Below, one piece after another: positions 30,295 through 39,469 of a DNA stretch of 39,469 nucleotides. Numbering within the stretch: the first letter of the stretch is position 1; the number at the start of each line of letters is the position of its first letter. Where the stretch lies: contig CAMXAS010000001.1 of the NCBI GenBank assembly GCA_947179195.1, positions 1 to 39,469 of the forward strand. Reading direction: 5' to 3'. The notes under the pieces were generated by a model that worked only from the letters and a program-made list of their open reading frames with translations, was not told the origin of the DNA and made no database searches. The DNA comes from an uncultured Bacteroidales bacterium (GTDB taxonomy: Bacteria; Bacteroidota; Bacteroidia; Bacteroidales; P3). Both the position numbers and the translations under genes were made by a program.

Positions 30295-30344
30295 GCGCCG
30301 GGGCTTCCCTCGCCTGTCCGTTACGGGCGGCCTGAGGAACGCGC
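30295..30344 (+). promoter_or_regulatory. GC-rich extended imperfect hairpin in the rpsM-rpsK spacer (candidate structured RNA element, function unknown)
   Basis: Hand fold with three stacked helices. Helix 1 is 30295-30298 with 30341-30344 (4 bp). Helix 2 is 30305-30312 with 30333-30339 (7 pairs, C30307 bulged, one G.U). Helix 3 is 30314-30320 with 30324-30330 (7 pairs, two G.U), closed by a UUA loop. It sits in the largest spacer of the whole ribosomal cluster (102 nt). Confidence 0.3.
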
Positions 30345-30391
30345 CGCGTGAATCAACTGATTTTTGAAACATATAAGAATAGCGAATAGAT

Positions 30392-30781
30392 ATGGCAAAA
30401 ACTGCTAAAGCAACAAAGAAGAAGATCGTCAAGGTGGAAGCCACGGGAAAGGCCTTTATTTTTGCGTCTTTCAACAACGTGATCGTAACCCTTACCAATA
30501 ACGCGGGTCAGGTTATTTCCTGGTCGTCTTCCGGCAAGATGGGTTTCAGAGGTTCGAAGAAGAACACGCCCTACGCCGCCCAGATGGCCGCGACCGATTG
30601 CGCCAAAGTAGCTTACGACTTGGGCCTTCGCAAGGTTAAAGCTTTCGTCAAGGGTCCCGGTTCCGGCCGTGAGTCGGCTATCCGTACGATCCATGGCGCC
30701 GGCATCGAGGTAACCGAAATCATGGACGTTACGCCGCTGCCCCACAACGGCTGCCGTCCTCCGAAAAGAAGAAGAGTATAG
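30392..30781 (+). CDS. rpsK: 30S ribosomal protein S11
   Basis: 129 aa: ...[35 protein letters not shown]. Confidence 0.97.
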   Translation: MAKTAKATKKKIVKVEATGKAFIFASFNNVIVTLTNNAGQVISWSSSGKMGFRGSKKNTPYAAQMAATDCAKVAYDLGLRKVKAFVKGPGSGRESAIRTIHGAGIEVTEIMDVTPLPHNGCRPPKRRRV

Positions 30782-30820
30782 TTACAGGCCTTGTTAAATT
30801 AAGTAAAATCATTTTCAGTT

Positions 30821-31426
30821 ATGGCAAGATATATTGGCCCTAAGTCAAAAATAGCAAGAAAGTTCCAGGAACCCATCTTCGGTGCGGACAAGGTTCTGGA
30901 GAGAAAGAACTATGCGCCGGGTCAGCACGGTCCCAACAAACGCCGCGGCAAACAGTCGGAATACGGCATTCAGTTGCAGGAAAAGCAGAAAGCCAAATAT
31001 ACTTACGGCATTCTGGAAAAACAGTTCCGTAAGATTTTCCATCAGGCCGCCAGCAAGACCGGTATTACCGGTGAGGTATTGCTGCAGCTCATCGAATCGC
31101 GCCTCGACAACACCGTTTACCGTTTGGGCATCGCCCCGACGCGTAGCGCGGCCCGTCAGTTGGTCAGCCACCGTCACATCTGCGTGAACGGCGAAGTCGT
31201 GAACATTCCCTCCTATCAGCTCAAACCGGGCGATATGGTGGAAGTGCGTGAACGTTCCAAATCGTTGGAAGTCATTACCGATTCGTTGGCCGGCAGAACC
31301 AATAGCTACAACTGGCTGGAATGGGATGGCGCCGCGATGCGCGGTAAGTTCCTGAACTACCCCGAAAGAGAGAATATCCCCGAAACGATCAAGGAACAGC
31401 TCATCGTCGAGTTGTACTCCAAATAA
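30821..31426 (+). CDS. rpsD: 30S ribosomal protein S4
   Basis: 201 aa: [15 protein letters not shown]...YG.QL.EKQK. Confidence 0.97.
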   Translation: MARYIGPKSKIARKFQEPIFGADKVLERKNYAPGQHGPNKRRGKQSEYGIQLQEKQKAKYTYGILEKQFRKIFHQAASKTGITGEVLLQLIESRLDNTVYRLGIAPTRSAARQLVSHRHICVNGEVVNIPSYQLKPGDMVEVRERSKSLEVITDSLAGRTNSYNWLEWDGAAMRGKFLNYPERENIPETIKEQLIVELYSK

Positions 31427-31477
31427 TCGTAAACCGTGACGTTCTCCAATAATTTGCAAAACCTAAATAGAAAATAA

Positions 31478-32470
31478 ATGGCCATTTTAGATTTTCAAAA
31501 ACCGGACAGAGTCAACGTTGTCAGCTTGGACGACAAGAAGGGGGTTTTTGAGTTTCGTCCGTTGGAACCGGGCTATGGGATTACGATCGGCAACGCTTTG
31601 CGCCGTATCTTGATTTCCTCCTTGGAGGGCTTTGCCATCACTTCCGTACGGATTGAAGGCGTTCAGCACGAATTCGCCACGATCAAAGGCGTGGTGGAAG
31701 ATGTCATCAACATGGTGCTGAACTTCAAACAGGTTCGGTTCAAACAACAGATTCCCGATGTGGACAACGAAAAGATTCACGTCGTTATTTCGAACCAGAG
31801 CGTATTCAAGGCCGGTCATCTGAATAATTTCCTGAACGGGTTTCAAGTGTTGAACCCCGACCTCGAAATCTGCCATATGGAACCCAGCGTCAAACTGACG
31901 ATGGACCTGACGATTCAGAAAGGCCGCGGTTACATCCCCGCCGACGAAAACAAGAACGCTTCCGACCCCGTCGGTACGATTGCCATCGACTCCATCCACA
32001 CGCCGATCAAGAATGTGGAATACGAGACCGACAACTACCGCGTGGAACAGAAGACCGACTACGAGAAACTGGTGTTGACGATTACGACCGATGGCTCCAT
32101 CTCGCCGAAAGACGCGTTGAAAGAAGCGGCCAAGATTCTGATTTACCATTTCATGTTGTTCTCCGACGAAAAGATTCAGTTCGAAGAAGGTCATGTAGAG
32201 ACGTCCGAACCCTTGGATGAGGGCGACCTGCACCTGCGTCAGTTGCTCAAGACCAAACTTTCGGATTTGGAACTGTCCGTCCGCGCGTTGAACTGCCTCA
32301 AATCGGCGGAAGTGGAAACCCTGGGCGACCTCGTGGCGTTCCACAAAGCGGATTTGCTCAAGTTCAGAAACTTCGGCAAGAAGTCGCTGACGGAACTCGA
32401 AGCCTTGGTGAAAGACAAGAAACTGGAGTTCGGCATGAACGTACAGAAATATAAATTAGACAAAGATTAA
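31478..32470 (+). CDS. rpoA: DNA-directed RNA polymerase subunit alpha
   Basis: 330 aa. The N-terminal domain has [20 protein letters not shown]. The C-terminal domain has [13 protein letters not shown]...LGDLV. Confidence 0.97.
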   Translation: MAILDFQKPDRVNVVSLDDKKGVFEFRPLEPGYGITIGNALRRILISSLEGFAITSVRIEGVQHEFATIKGVVEDVINMVLNFKQVRFKQQIPDVDNEKIHVVISNQSVFKAGHLNNFLNGFQVLNPDLEICHMEPSVKLTMDLTIQKGRGYIPADENKNASDPVGTIAIDSIHTPIKNVEYETDNYRVEQKTDYEKLVLTITTDGSISPKDALKEAAKILIYHFMLFSDEKIQFEEGHVETSEPLDEGDLHLRQLLKTKLSDLELSVRALNCLKSAEVETLGDLVAFHKADLLKFRNFGKKSLTELEALVKDKKLEFGMNVQKYKLDKD

Positions 32471-32496
32471 GGACTAAGATAAGGAAACTTACAGCT

Positions 32497-33006
32497 ATGA
32501 GACACGGAAAGAAATTCAACAAGCTCAGCAGAACGCACATGCACAGACGTCAGATGTTGGCCAACATGGCGTCGTCGCTGATTTTACATAAGAGAATCAA
32601 AACCACTTTGGCCAAGGCGAAAGCGTTGCGCGTTTACGTGGAACCGCTTTTGACGAAATCCAAAGACGATACGACGGCTTCGCGCCGCACGGTGTTCAGC
32701 TACCTGCAGAACAAGGAGGCGGTGACGGAACTGTTCCGCGAAGTTTCGCCGAAGATCGCCCAGCGTCCCGGCGGCTACACGCGCATCCTCAAACTCGGTT
32801 TCCGTTTGGGCGACAACGCCGAAATGGCCCTCATCGAACTGGTGGACTACAACGAAGCCATGTTGAGCGCCAAGAAAGACACGGGCAAAGCCAAAACGCG
32901 CCGTGCCGGTGCCCGCAAGAAAGCCGAAGCCAAACCGGCCGAGGCCGCTGCCGAAACGACGGAAGCCCCCGCTGCGGAAGTAAAAGCTGAAGGTGAAAAC
33001 GCCTAA
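32497..33006 (+). CDS. rplQ: 50S ribosomal protein L17
   Basis: 169 aa: [31 protein letters not shown], followed by an Ala/Glu/Lys-rich C-terminal tail. Confidence 0.96.
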   Translation: MRHGKKFNKLSRTHMHRRQMLANMASSLILHKRIKTTLAKAKALRVYVEPLLTKSKDDTTASRRTVFSYLQNKEAVTELFREVSPKIAQRPGGYTRILKLGFRLGDNAEMALIELVDYNEAMLSAKKDTGKAKTRRAGARKKAEAKPAEAAAETTEAPAAEVKAEGENA

Positions 33007-33028
33007 TGGCCTTATCGGCTGACGATAC

Positions 33029-33067
33029 GGGGCTGCTCCAATTTATTGGGACAGCCCCTTTTTTTTT
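33029..33067 (+). terminator. Rho-independent terminator ending the ribosomal supercluster
   Basis: GGGGCTGCTCC-aatttatt-GGGACAGCCCC forms a stem-loop with one bulge. T9 follows (33059-67). It lies 22 nt after the rplQ stop. Confidence 0.8.
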
Positions 33068-33075
33068 AAGACGAC

Positions 33076-34418
<1,343 letters not shown>

Positions 34419-34437
34419 GCGCGGAGGGCTTGTCTTC

Positions 34438-34476
34438 GAACGGGCCGGCGGCTTCCGTCGGTCCGTTCTGCTTATT
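34438..34476 (+). terminator. Probable terminator downstream of eno
   Basis: GAACGGGCCG (34438-47) pairs with CGGTCCGTTC (34459-68) to give a 10-bp stem with one G.U and an 11-nt loop. The tail UGCUUAUU is only moderately U-rich. Confidence 0.5.
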
Positions 34477-34503
34477 ATCCATCTTTAACGAAACCTTGAA
34501 ACC

Positions 34504-36855
34504 ATGGCACCGCGCGCCGCTCAGTATCCGTTTCATCCGACGGTCATCCCGACCGCCGGCAAGCGGTTCTTTGCGTTTCTACTCGCGGGGCTTTTCCTGC
34601 TTTTTTCCGCCGGCTACGGCGCCACGGTAGCCGACGAACCGGCCCCCGCCTCGGCGGCAGCGGCCAAACCGCTCAAGTCCAACCGCCCCAAAGTGGGGCT
34701 CGTGCTCAGCGGCGGCGGCGCCAAAGGCATCGCCCACGTGGGCATCCTCAAAATCATAGAGGAACTCGGCATTCCGGTGGACTATATCACGGGCACGAGC
34801 ATGGGGTCGATTATCGGCGGGCTTTACGCCTACGGCTATTCGGCGGCCGAATTGGACTCCATCCTGCGCGCGGCCGACTGGGACGTGTTACTCTCGGACA
34901 AGGCCATCCGCTCCGATATCTCCCTGACGGAAAAACGCACGGCCGACCAATACGTCATCACGTTGCCGTTCGGTCAGAAATCCTCGTTGCTGCCCATCGG
35001 TATCCTCAAGGGGCAACACATCAACAACCTGTTCTATACGCTGACGGCCAACACCTATGCGCTCAACAGTTTTGACGAACTCCAGATTCCGTTCCGCTGT
35101 GTGGCCACCGACGTGCTGACCGGACAGGCCATCGTACTCAAAGACGGCAACCTGGCCGAAGCCATGCGCGCCAGTATGGCCATCCCCGGCGTATTCAACC
35201 CCGTGGAGAAGGACTCGATGATTCTCGTGGACGGCGGGCTCGTCGATAACTTTCCTGTGGAAGAAATCATCAAGATGGGCGCCGATTACATCATCGGTGT
35301 GGATGTCGGCTTCCAATACAAGGGCAAAGACAAACTGAAAAACATGGCCAACGTCTTGGAAATGTCGCTGTTCATGCACACCAAGACGAAAATCGCCAAA
35401 AACAAGGAGCGTTGCCGCATCCTCGTCACCCCTGATTTAACCGGTTACGGCCCCTCCAGCTTCGGCGCCACCGACTCGCTGTTGGCCCGCGGCGAAGCGG
35501 CCGCCCGCGCCCAATACGACGAATTCAAGAAACTGGCCGAAGAATTGGCCGCCTATCAAACGACGCCCCAAAAGATAAGCCGTTATCCGCACCTGACGAT
35601 GGAAAACGTCTATGTGTCGGAAATCCAATTCGAAGGCTTGTCCAAATTCAGCCCGCAATTCGCCAACCAGTTCCTGCAAATCGAACACAACGCCTGGGTC
35701 AAACAGGACGATATCGTGCGCGGCGTGGAACGGCTGTACGGTTCGATGGTATTCGACAACGTCAGCTACACGTTTCTGCCCGACACCAACAACCGGGCGC
35801 AGGTGGTGCTGAAAATCACGGTGGATGAGAAACCGACCAATGCGTTCCGCTTCGGTTTCCGCTACGACAACCAACGTTCGGCCGCCCTGTTGGCCGGCGT
35901 GGTGTTCCGTGATTTGGGCATTTCCAATACCCGCCTGAGCATAGACGGCGAACTCTCGCGCTTGCCCGGCATCAAGGCGGAATTCCTCTTTACGCCCAAA
36001 TGGAAACGCAACGGCGACTTCGTATTTTGGCATCCCCGCATCGGGGCCGCCTATCAATTCTATTTCATCAACAACGAAAAACTGTATCACGATTGGAACG
36101 ACCCGAACACGCCGACCAGCGAATTCTCGTCGCAGGGTCACCGGATCAGCCTTTTCGTCCAATCGAACTGGCGGCGCAGCATTTTGGGCGGCGGTGTCCG
36201 TTTGAACTACCATAACTTCAAGGAGAAATTCACGACCGATACGGACTTCGGGCAGCGGAACTTCTTCTATGCCATGCCCTATCTGTTCTTCCTGCACGAC
36301 AGCTACGACCGGCTCTTTTTCCCGCAACACGGTATCAAGGCCGACATCGAGGTATCCTACCCCATCGGCCTCGGCATCTCCGCGCCCTATGCCGAACGTT
36401 TCCTGACGGCACGCGCCTACCTCGACTTCGCGTTCTCGCCCGTACGTTGGTTCTCGATTTATCCCGGGCTCGCCTTGGGGACGAACCTGCTGAAAACCAC
36501 GACCACGATTCCGACGCCCTATATGTTTTATCAAGGCGGTCTGACCGGCTTGCGCAACGGCGTCCAACTGACCGACTTCGCGGGCCTGTTGCCGTTCCAA
36601 AGCGAGGGGCAGCATTTTTGGAACGTCCACCTGAACCTGCAGGCCGAAATCCTGAAAAACCTATATGTATCGCTGCGCGGCTACACGGGTATGTCGGTCT
36701 ATGACATCCGCGATATCACCCATTTGAACGAGTTTATCTACGGCGGGGCGGCGGGCCTGAGTTACAACACGCCCATCGGCCCCATCGGCCTGCATTTCCA
36801 AACGTCCAACGTCCACCCGTTCAATATTTGGCTAAATATCCTTTACTGGTTATGA
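34504..36855 (+). CDS. Patatin-like phospholipase fused to a POTRA plus Omp85/D15 beta-barrel (type Vd / PlpD-like architecture)
   Basis: 783 aa with a signal-like segment FFAFLLAGLFLLFSAGYG. The oxyanion motif is SGGGAKG. The nucleophile motif is GTSMG (Ser99, nt 34798-34800). The catalytic Asp motif is VDGGLVDNFP. A POTRA-like segment (VSEIQFEGLSKFS...) is followed by a long beta-strand-rich C-terminal region with aromatic-rich alternation. Confidence 0.85.
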   Translation: MAPRAAQYPFHPTVIPTAGKRFFAFLLAGLFLLFSAGYGATVADEPAPASAAAAKPLKSNRPKVGLVLSGGGAKGIAHVGILKIIEELGIPVDYITGTSMGSIIGGLYAYGYSAAELDSILRAADWDVLLSDKAIRSDISLTEKRTADQYVITLPFGQKSSLLPIGILKGQHINNLFYTLTANTYALNSFDELQIPFRCVATDVLTGQAIVLKDGNLAEAMRASMAIPGVFNPVEKDSMILVDGGLVDNFPVEEIIKMGADYIIGVDVGFQYKGKDKLKNMANVLEMSLFMHTKTKIAKNKERCRILVTPDLTGYGPSSFGATDSLLARGEAAARAQYDEFKKLAEELAAYQTTPQKISRYPHLTMENVYVSEIQFEGLSKFSPQFANQFLQIEHNAWVKQDDIVRGVERLYGSMVFDNVSYTFLPDTNNRAQVVLKITVDEKPTNAFRFGFRYDNQRSAALLAGVVFRDLGISNTRLSIDGELSRLPGIKAEFLFTPKWKRNGDFVFWHPRIGAAYQFYFINNEKLYHDWNDPNTPTSEFSSQGHRISLFVQSNWRRSILGGGVRLNYHNFKEKFTTDTDFGQRNFFYAMPYLFFLHDSYDRLFFPQHGIKADIEVSYPIGLGISAPYAERFLTARAYLDFAFSPVRWFSIYPGLALGTNLLKTTTTIPTPYMFYQGGLTGLRNGVQLTDFAGLLPFQSEGQHFWNVHLNLQAEILKNLYVSLRGYTGMSVYDIRDITHLNEFIYGGAAGLSYNTPIGPIGLHFQTSNVHPFNIWLNILYWL

Positions 36856-36870
36856 TACTATATATATCTT

Positions 36871-39252
36871 ATGTTTCGGCCTGACACAAGCCAACGGCTT
36901 TTCCTATGCCTGGCCCTATGTATCGGATGCTTGCTTTTCCCGATGCGGGTACAGGCGCAAAACACCGCAACCGCAACCTCCGTCCGCGTGCACGGCACCG
37001 TGCGCGACGCCGACAACGGGGAGGCCTTGCCGCAGGCCGCCATCTGGATTCCGGCCTTGCAGAGCGGCGCGGTGGCCGACGCCCAAGGCAAGTTCGATTT
37101 CCGCATCCCCGCCGGCACTTACGCGCTCGAAGTACGCTTTTTAGGCTACGAAACGCGCCACGACACGTTGCGTCTCAACCGCGACCGCATACTGACGTTC
37201 GACCTGCACGGCACGGCCCGCCAGCTGAGCGGCGTGGAAATCAAAAGCCGCCAAAGCCAACAGCTGCGCAACAACATCGTCGGCATGGAGCAACTGAGCG
37301 TGGCCGCCATCAAGAAACAACCCACGCTGTTGGGCGAGGCCGACCTGCTCAAATCGGTGCAGTTCCTGCCCGGCATCATCATGACCTCGGAGGGCAGTTC
37401 GGGCTTCAGCGTCCGGGGCGGCTCGCCCGACCAGAATTTCATCCTGCTCGACCACGCCCCGATTTACAATCCGTCGCACGCGCTCGGCTTCTTCTCCATT
37501 TTCAACAACGACGTGATCGAGGGCGCGACGGTCTATAAGGGCGATATGCCCCTGCAATTCGGCGGCCGGCTGTCGTCGGTCATAGACGCCACGATGCGCG
37601 AGGGCGACTACCACCGCTACCACATTACGGGCGGCATCGGGCTGCTGTTGACGCGGCTGACCGTCGAAGGCCCGGTTGTGAACGACCAGCTTTCGTTTTT
37701 GGTGTCCGGCCGCCGCACGTACTTCGACGCCTTCCTGCCGATGTTCGACATCAAGGGCGTCAAGCTGTATTTCTACGATGCCAACGCCAAACTCTCGTTC
37801 CGCAGCCGCAACCGCAAGGACAAGTTGACGCTGTCGGGCTACATGGGGCGCGACGTGGCCGGCATGAGCGTCATGCACGCCGTCGCCGACTACGGCAACA
37901 AGGCCCTCGACCTGAGCTGGCATCATTTCTTCTCCGACGATTTCGTCATGACCGTTTCGGGCATCATCAGCGACTACCGCTACCTGATGGGCTTGGAATC
38001 CGAGATGTTCTCGCTGGACTGGGACGCGCATACGACCGACTACGGCGGCAAGGTGGATTTCCTCTATACGCTGGGCAAACATACGCTCCGCTTCGGCCTG
38101 ACGTCCACCTATCATATCTACGACCCGGGTGACGTGACCGTCAATATGCTCGAAGCCATGGGCTTTATCGACACCAACGTCAGCTGGAGCTATACGCAGG
38201 AACGTTTCCATGCGCTGGAAAACGCGTTTTATATCGGCAACGACCAGTCCATAGGCGACCACTTCCTGTTGAAATACGGCCTGCGCCTGAGTTCGTTCAG
38301 CAACATCGGCGCCGACTCCGTATATTATTACCGCAACGGCGAGGTGAGCGAGGCGCTTTACTATCCCGAAGGCAAATTTTACCATACCTATTGGGGCATA
38401 GAGCCGCGCGTGGGTTTGAGCTGGCTTATCGACAGCACGATGAGCCTCAAACTGAACTACGCCCGCACGATGCAATACACGCAGATGGCGCAGAACTCCA
38501 CGTCGGGCAACCCGCTGGACGTTTGGTTTCCGGCCAACCCGACGCTGCTGCCCCAAATCGCCGACCAGGGCGCACTCGGCTTTGAAAAACATTTCAAGGA
38601 CGGCGAATGGGAGACTTCCATCGAGTTCTACTACCGTTACCTGCAGAACGTCGTCGATTTCAAGGACCACGCCATCGTATTGGGCAACCGCTATCTCTAC
38701 GGCGAGGTGCGTTCCGGCACGGGGCAGGCCTACGGTATGGAAGTTTCGCTCAAACGCACGCGCGGCATCGTGAACGGCTCGCTCAGCTATACGCTCTCCA
38801 AATCGACGCGCCGCATCGAGGGCGTGAACCGCGGCGAGACCTACCCTTCGCCTTACGACCGGCCGCACGCGCTGACCGTCTTGCTGAACATCGACCCGCA
38901 CCCGCGCCACAGCATCAACCTCAACTGGGTGTTTTACTCCGGCCTGCCGACGAATTTCCCGCACGGCAAGGCCATTGTCGATGGCGAATGGGTGCCGATT
39001 TACGGCGACCGCAACAGCGACCGTATGCCGAACTACCACCGCTTGGACATCGGCTACACGTTCCGCGCCAAACCCGACCCGAACCGCCGTTTTACCTGGG
39101 ACTTGTCGGTGGGTTGCTACAACGTATATGCGCGCAAGAACCCGTGGACCATCAGTTTCAAACAAGACCCCGAAAATCCCGGCCGTTCGTATGCGGAGAT
39201 GATATACCTGTTCTCGGCGGTTCCTTCCATAACCTTTAATTTCAGATGGTAA
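36871..39252 (+). CDS. TonB-dependent outer-membrane receptor with N-terminal carboxypeptidase-regulatory-like domain
   Basis: 793 aa with a signal peptide ending VQA/QN. The CarboxypepD_reg-like segment is VHGTVRDADNGEALPQAAIWIP...GKFDFRIPAGTYALEVRFLGYE. The plug segment is LKSVQFLPGI...GFSVRGGSPDQN. The C-terminal strand ITFNFRW ends in an aromatic residue. I see no STN domain by eye. Confidence 0.88.
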   Translation: MFRPDTSQRLFLCLALCIGCLLFPMRVQAQNTATATSVRVHGTVRDADNGEALPQAAIWIPALQSGAVADAQGKFDFRIPAGTYALEVRFLGYETRHDTLRLNRDRILTFDLHGTARQLSGVEIKSRQSQQLRNNIVGMEQLSVAAIKKQPTLLGEADLLKSVQFLPGIIMTSEGSSGFSVRGGSPDQNFILLDHAPIYNPSHALGFFSIFNNDVIEGATVYKGDMPLQFGGRLSSVIDATMREGDYHRYHITGGIGLLLTRLTVEGPVVNDQLSFLVSGRRTYFDAFLPMFDIKGVKLYFYDANAKLSFRSRNRKDKLTLSGYMGRDVAGMSVMHAVADYGNKALDLSWHHFFSDDFVMTVSGIISDYRYLMGLESEMFSLDWDAHTTDYGGKVDFLYTLGKHTLRFGLTSTYHIYDPGDVTVNMLEAMGFIDTNVSWSYTQERFHALENAFYIGNDQSIGDHFLLKYGLRLSSFSNIGADSVYYYRNGEVSEALYYPEGKFYHTYWGIEPRVGLSWLIDSTMSLKLNYARTMQYTQMAQNSTSGNPLDVWFPANPTLLPQIADQGALGFEKHFKDGEWETSIEFYYRYLQNVVDFKDHAIVLGNRYLYGEVRSGTGQAYGMEVSLKRTRGIVNGSLSYTLSKSTRRIEGVNRGETYPSPYDRPHALTVLLNIDPHPRHSINLNWVFYSGLPTNFPHGKAIVDGEWVPIYGDRNSDRMPNYHRLDIGYTFRAKPDPNRRFTWDLSVGCYNVYARKNPWTISFKQDPENPGRSYAEMIYLFSAVPSITFNFRW

Positions 39253-39254
39253 CG

Positions 39255-39469
39255 ATGCGTAAAATCCAGAGAATAACCTTCGGCACGGTCTTGATGGGCC
39301 TCGTACTGGGCATGGCGGCCTGTACGGACGAAATCGACATCGACCTCAAGGGCGGCGACGCGCCGATACTGGTGGTGGACGCCCGCCTGACGACCGACAC
39401 GATACGGCATACCGTCCTGCTGAGCCGCAGTTCGGACTACTATGCCCCGACTTCCGCGGACTTGGCCGT
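39255..39469 (+). CDS. Lipoprotein, probably DUF4249 family (5' part only; runs off the window end)
   Basis: Manual translation gives MRKIQRITFGTVLMGLVLGMAAC/TDEIDIDLKGGDAPILVVDARLTTDTIRHTVLLSRSSDYY... There is a lipobox-like MAAC. The start is 2 nt after the receptor stop, the usual position of DUF4249 partners of CarboxypepD_reg-type receptors. The family call is from memory of that pattern. Confidence 0.5.
   Translation, partial: MRKIQRITFGTVLMGLVLGMAACTDEIDIDLKGGDAPILVVDARLTTDTIRHTVLLSRSSDYYAPTSADLA

Noticed and set aside
14946-33006. Visibly lower GC in the ribosomal cluster than in the flanks, which could suggest a horizontally acquired island.
   Set aside because: The content is universally conserved core genes in canonical order. 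Lower GC and distinct codon choice are expected for highly expressed translation genes. There are no integrase genes, no tRNA-flanked boundaries and no direct repeats.
34430-34630. A 66-aa TTG-initiated ORF between eno and the patatin gene.
   Set aside because: It overlaps the eno terminator hairpin and the 5' end of the patatin gene in another frame. It has no motifs. It is spurious.
37141-39165. A 674-aa minus-strand ORF antisense to the TonB-dependent receptor.
   Set aside because: The same artefact. The translation is Val/Ala/Arg/Gly-rich with no domain signature, whereas the plus-strand frame carries clear plug, barrel and C-terminal aromatic motifs.

Overview
This window is core-genome sequence from a fairly high-GC Bacteroidota chromosome. 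The phylum call rests on four things: TTTG-N19-20-TAnnTTTG promoter motifs, mostly Shine-Dalgarno-less start regions, no tuf after fusA, and a Cys-poor L36. A Bacteroidales, Rikenellaceae/Alistipes-like origin is only my guess. There is a single strand switch at about 14.7-14.9 kb.

Everything to the left is on the minus strand:
- a BatA-like N-terminal fragment, aroC, and a secreted CMD-cupin fusion;
- tRNA-Glu plus rpsT;
- butyrate kinase, an ADP-forming acyl-CoA synthetase and a membrane protein;
- tRNA-Pro;
- a tightly packed ugd-uxs-rfbD-rsfS-ftsH-LUD-cdsA-psd array.

Everything to the right is on the plus strand:
- the complete str/S10/spc/alpha ribosomal supercluster, rpsL through rplQ, including fusA, secY, map, infA and rpoA. 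It also includes rpmD (59 aa) and rpmJ (38 aa), which the 60-aa ORF track misses and which I translated by hand;
- eno, a patatin-POTRA-Omp85 protein, a TonB-dependent receptor, and the start of a DUF4249-like lipoprotein.

I see no CRISPR array, mobile element, prophage, toxin-antitoxin pair or recognisable defence gene. Every intergenic gap is under 200 nt, so there is no room for a hidden multi-gene system. I therefore do not claim a novel system here.

The findings are modest. The main ones are:
- a structured GC-rich spacer inside the alpha operon;
- an apparent tRNA-Glu/rpsT co-transcript;
- an orphan LUD protein translationally coupled into the ftsH-cdsA-psd array;
- a buk/ADP-forming synthetase/membrane-protein module with no ptb;
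- an uncharacterised outer-membrane gene trio.

The many long antisense ORFs in the track are GC-driven artefacts.
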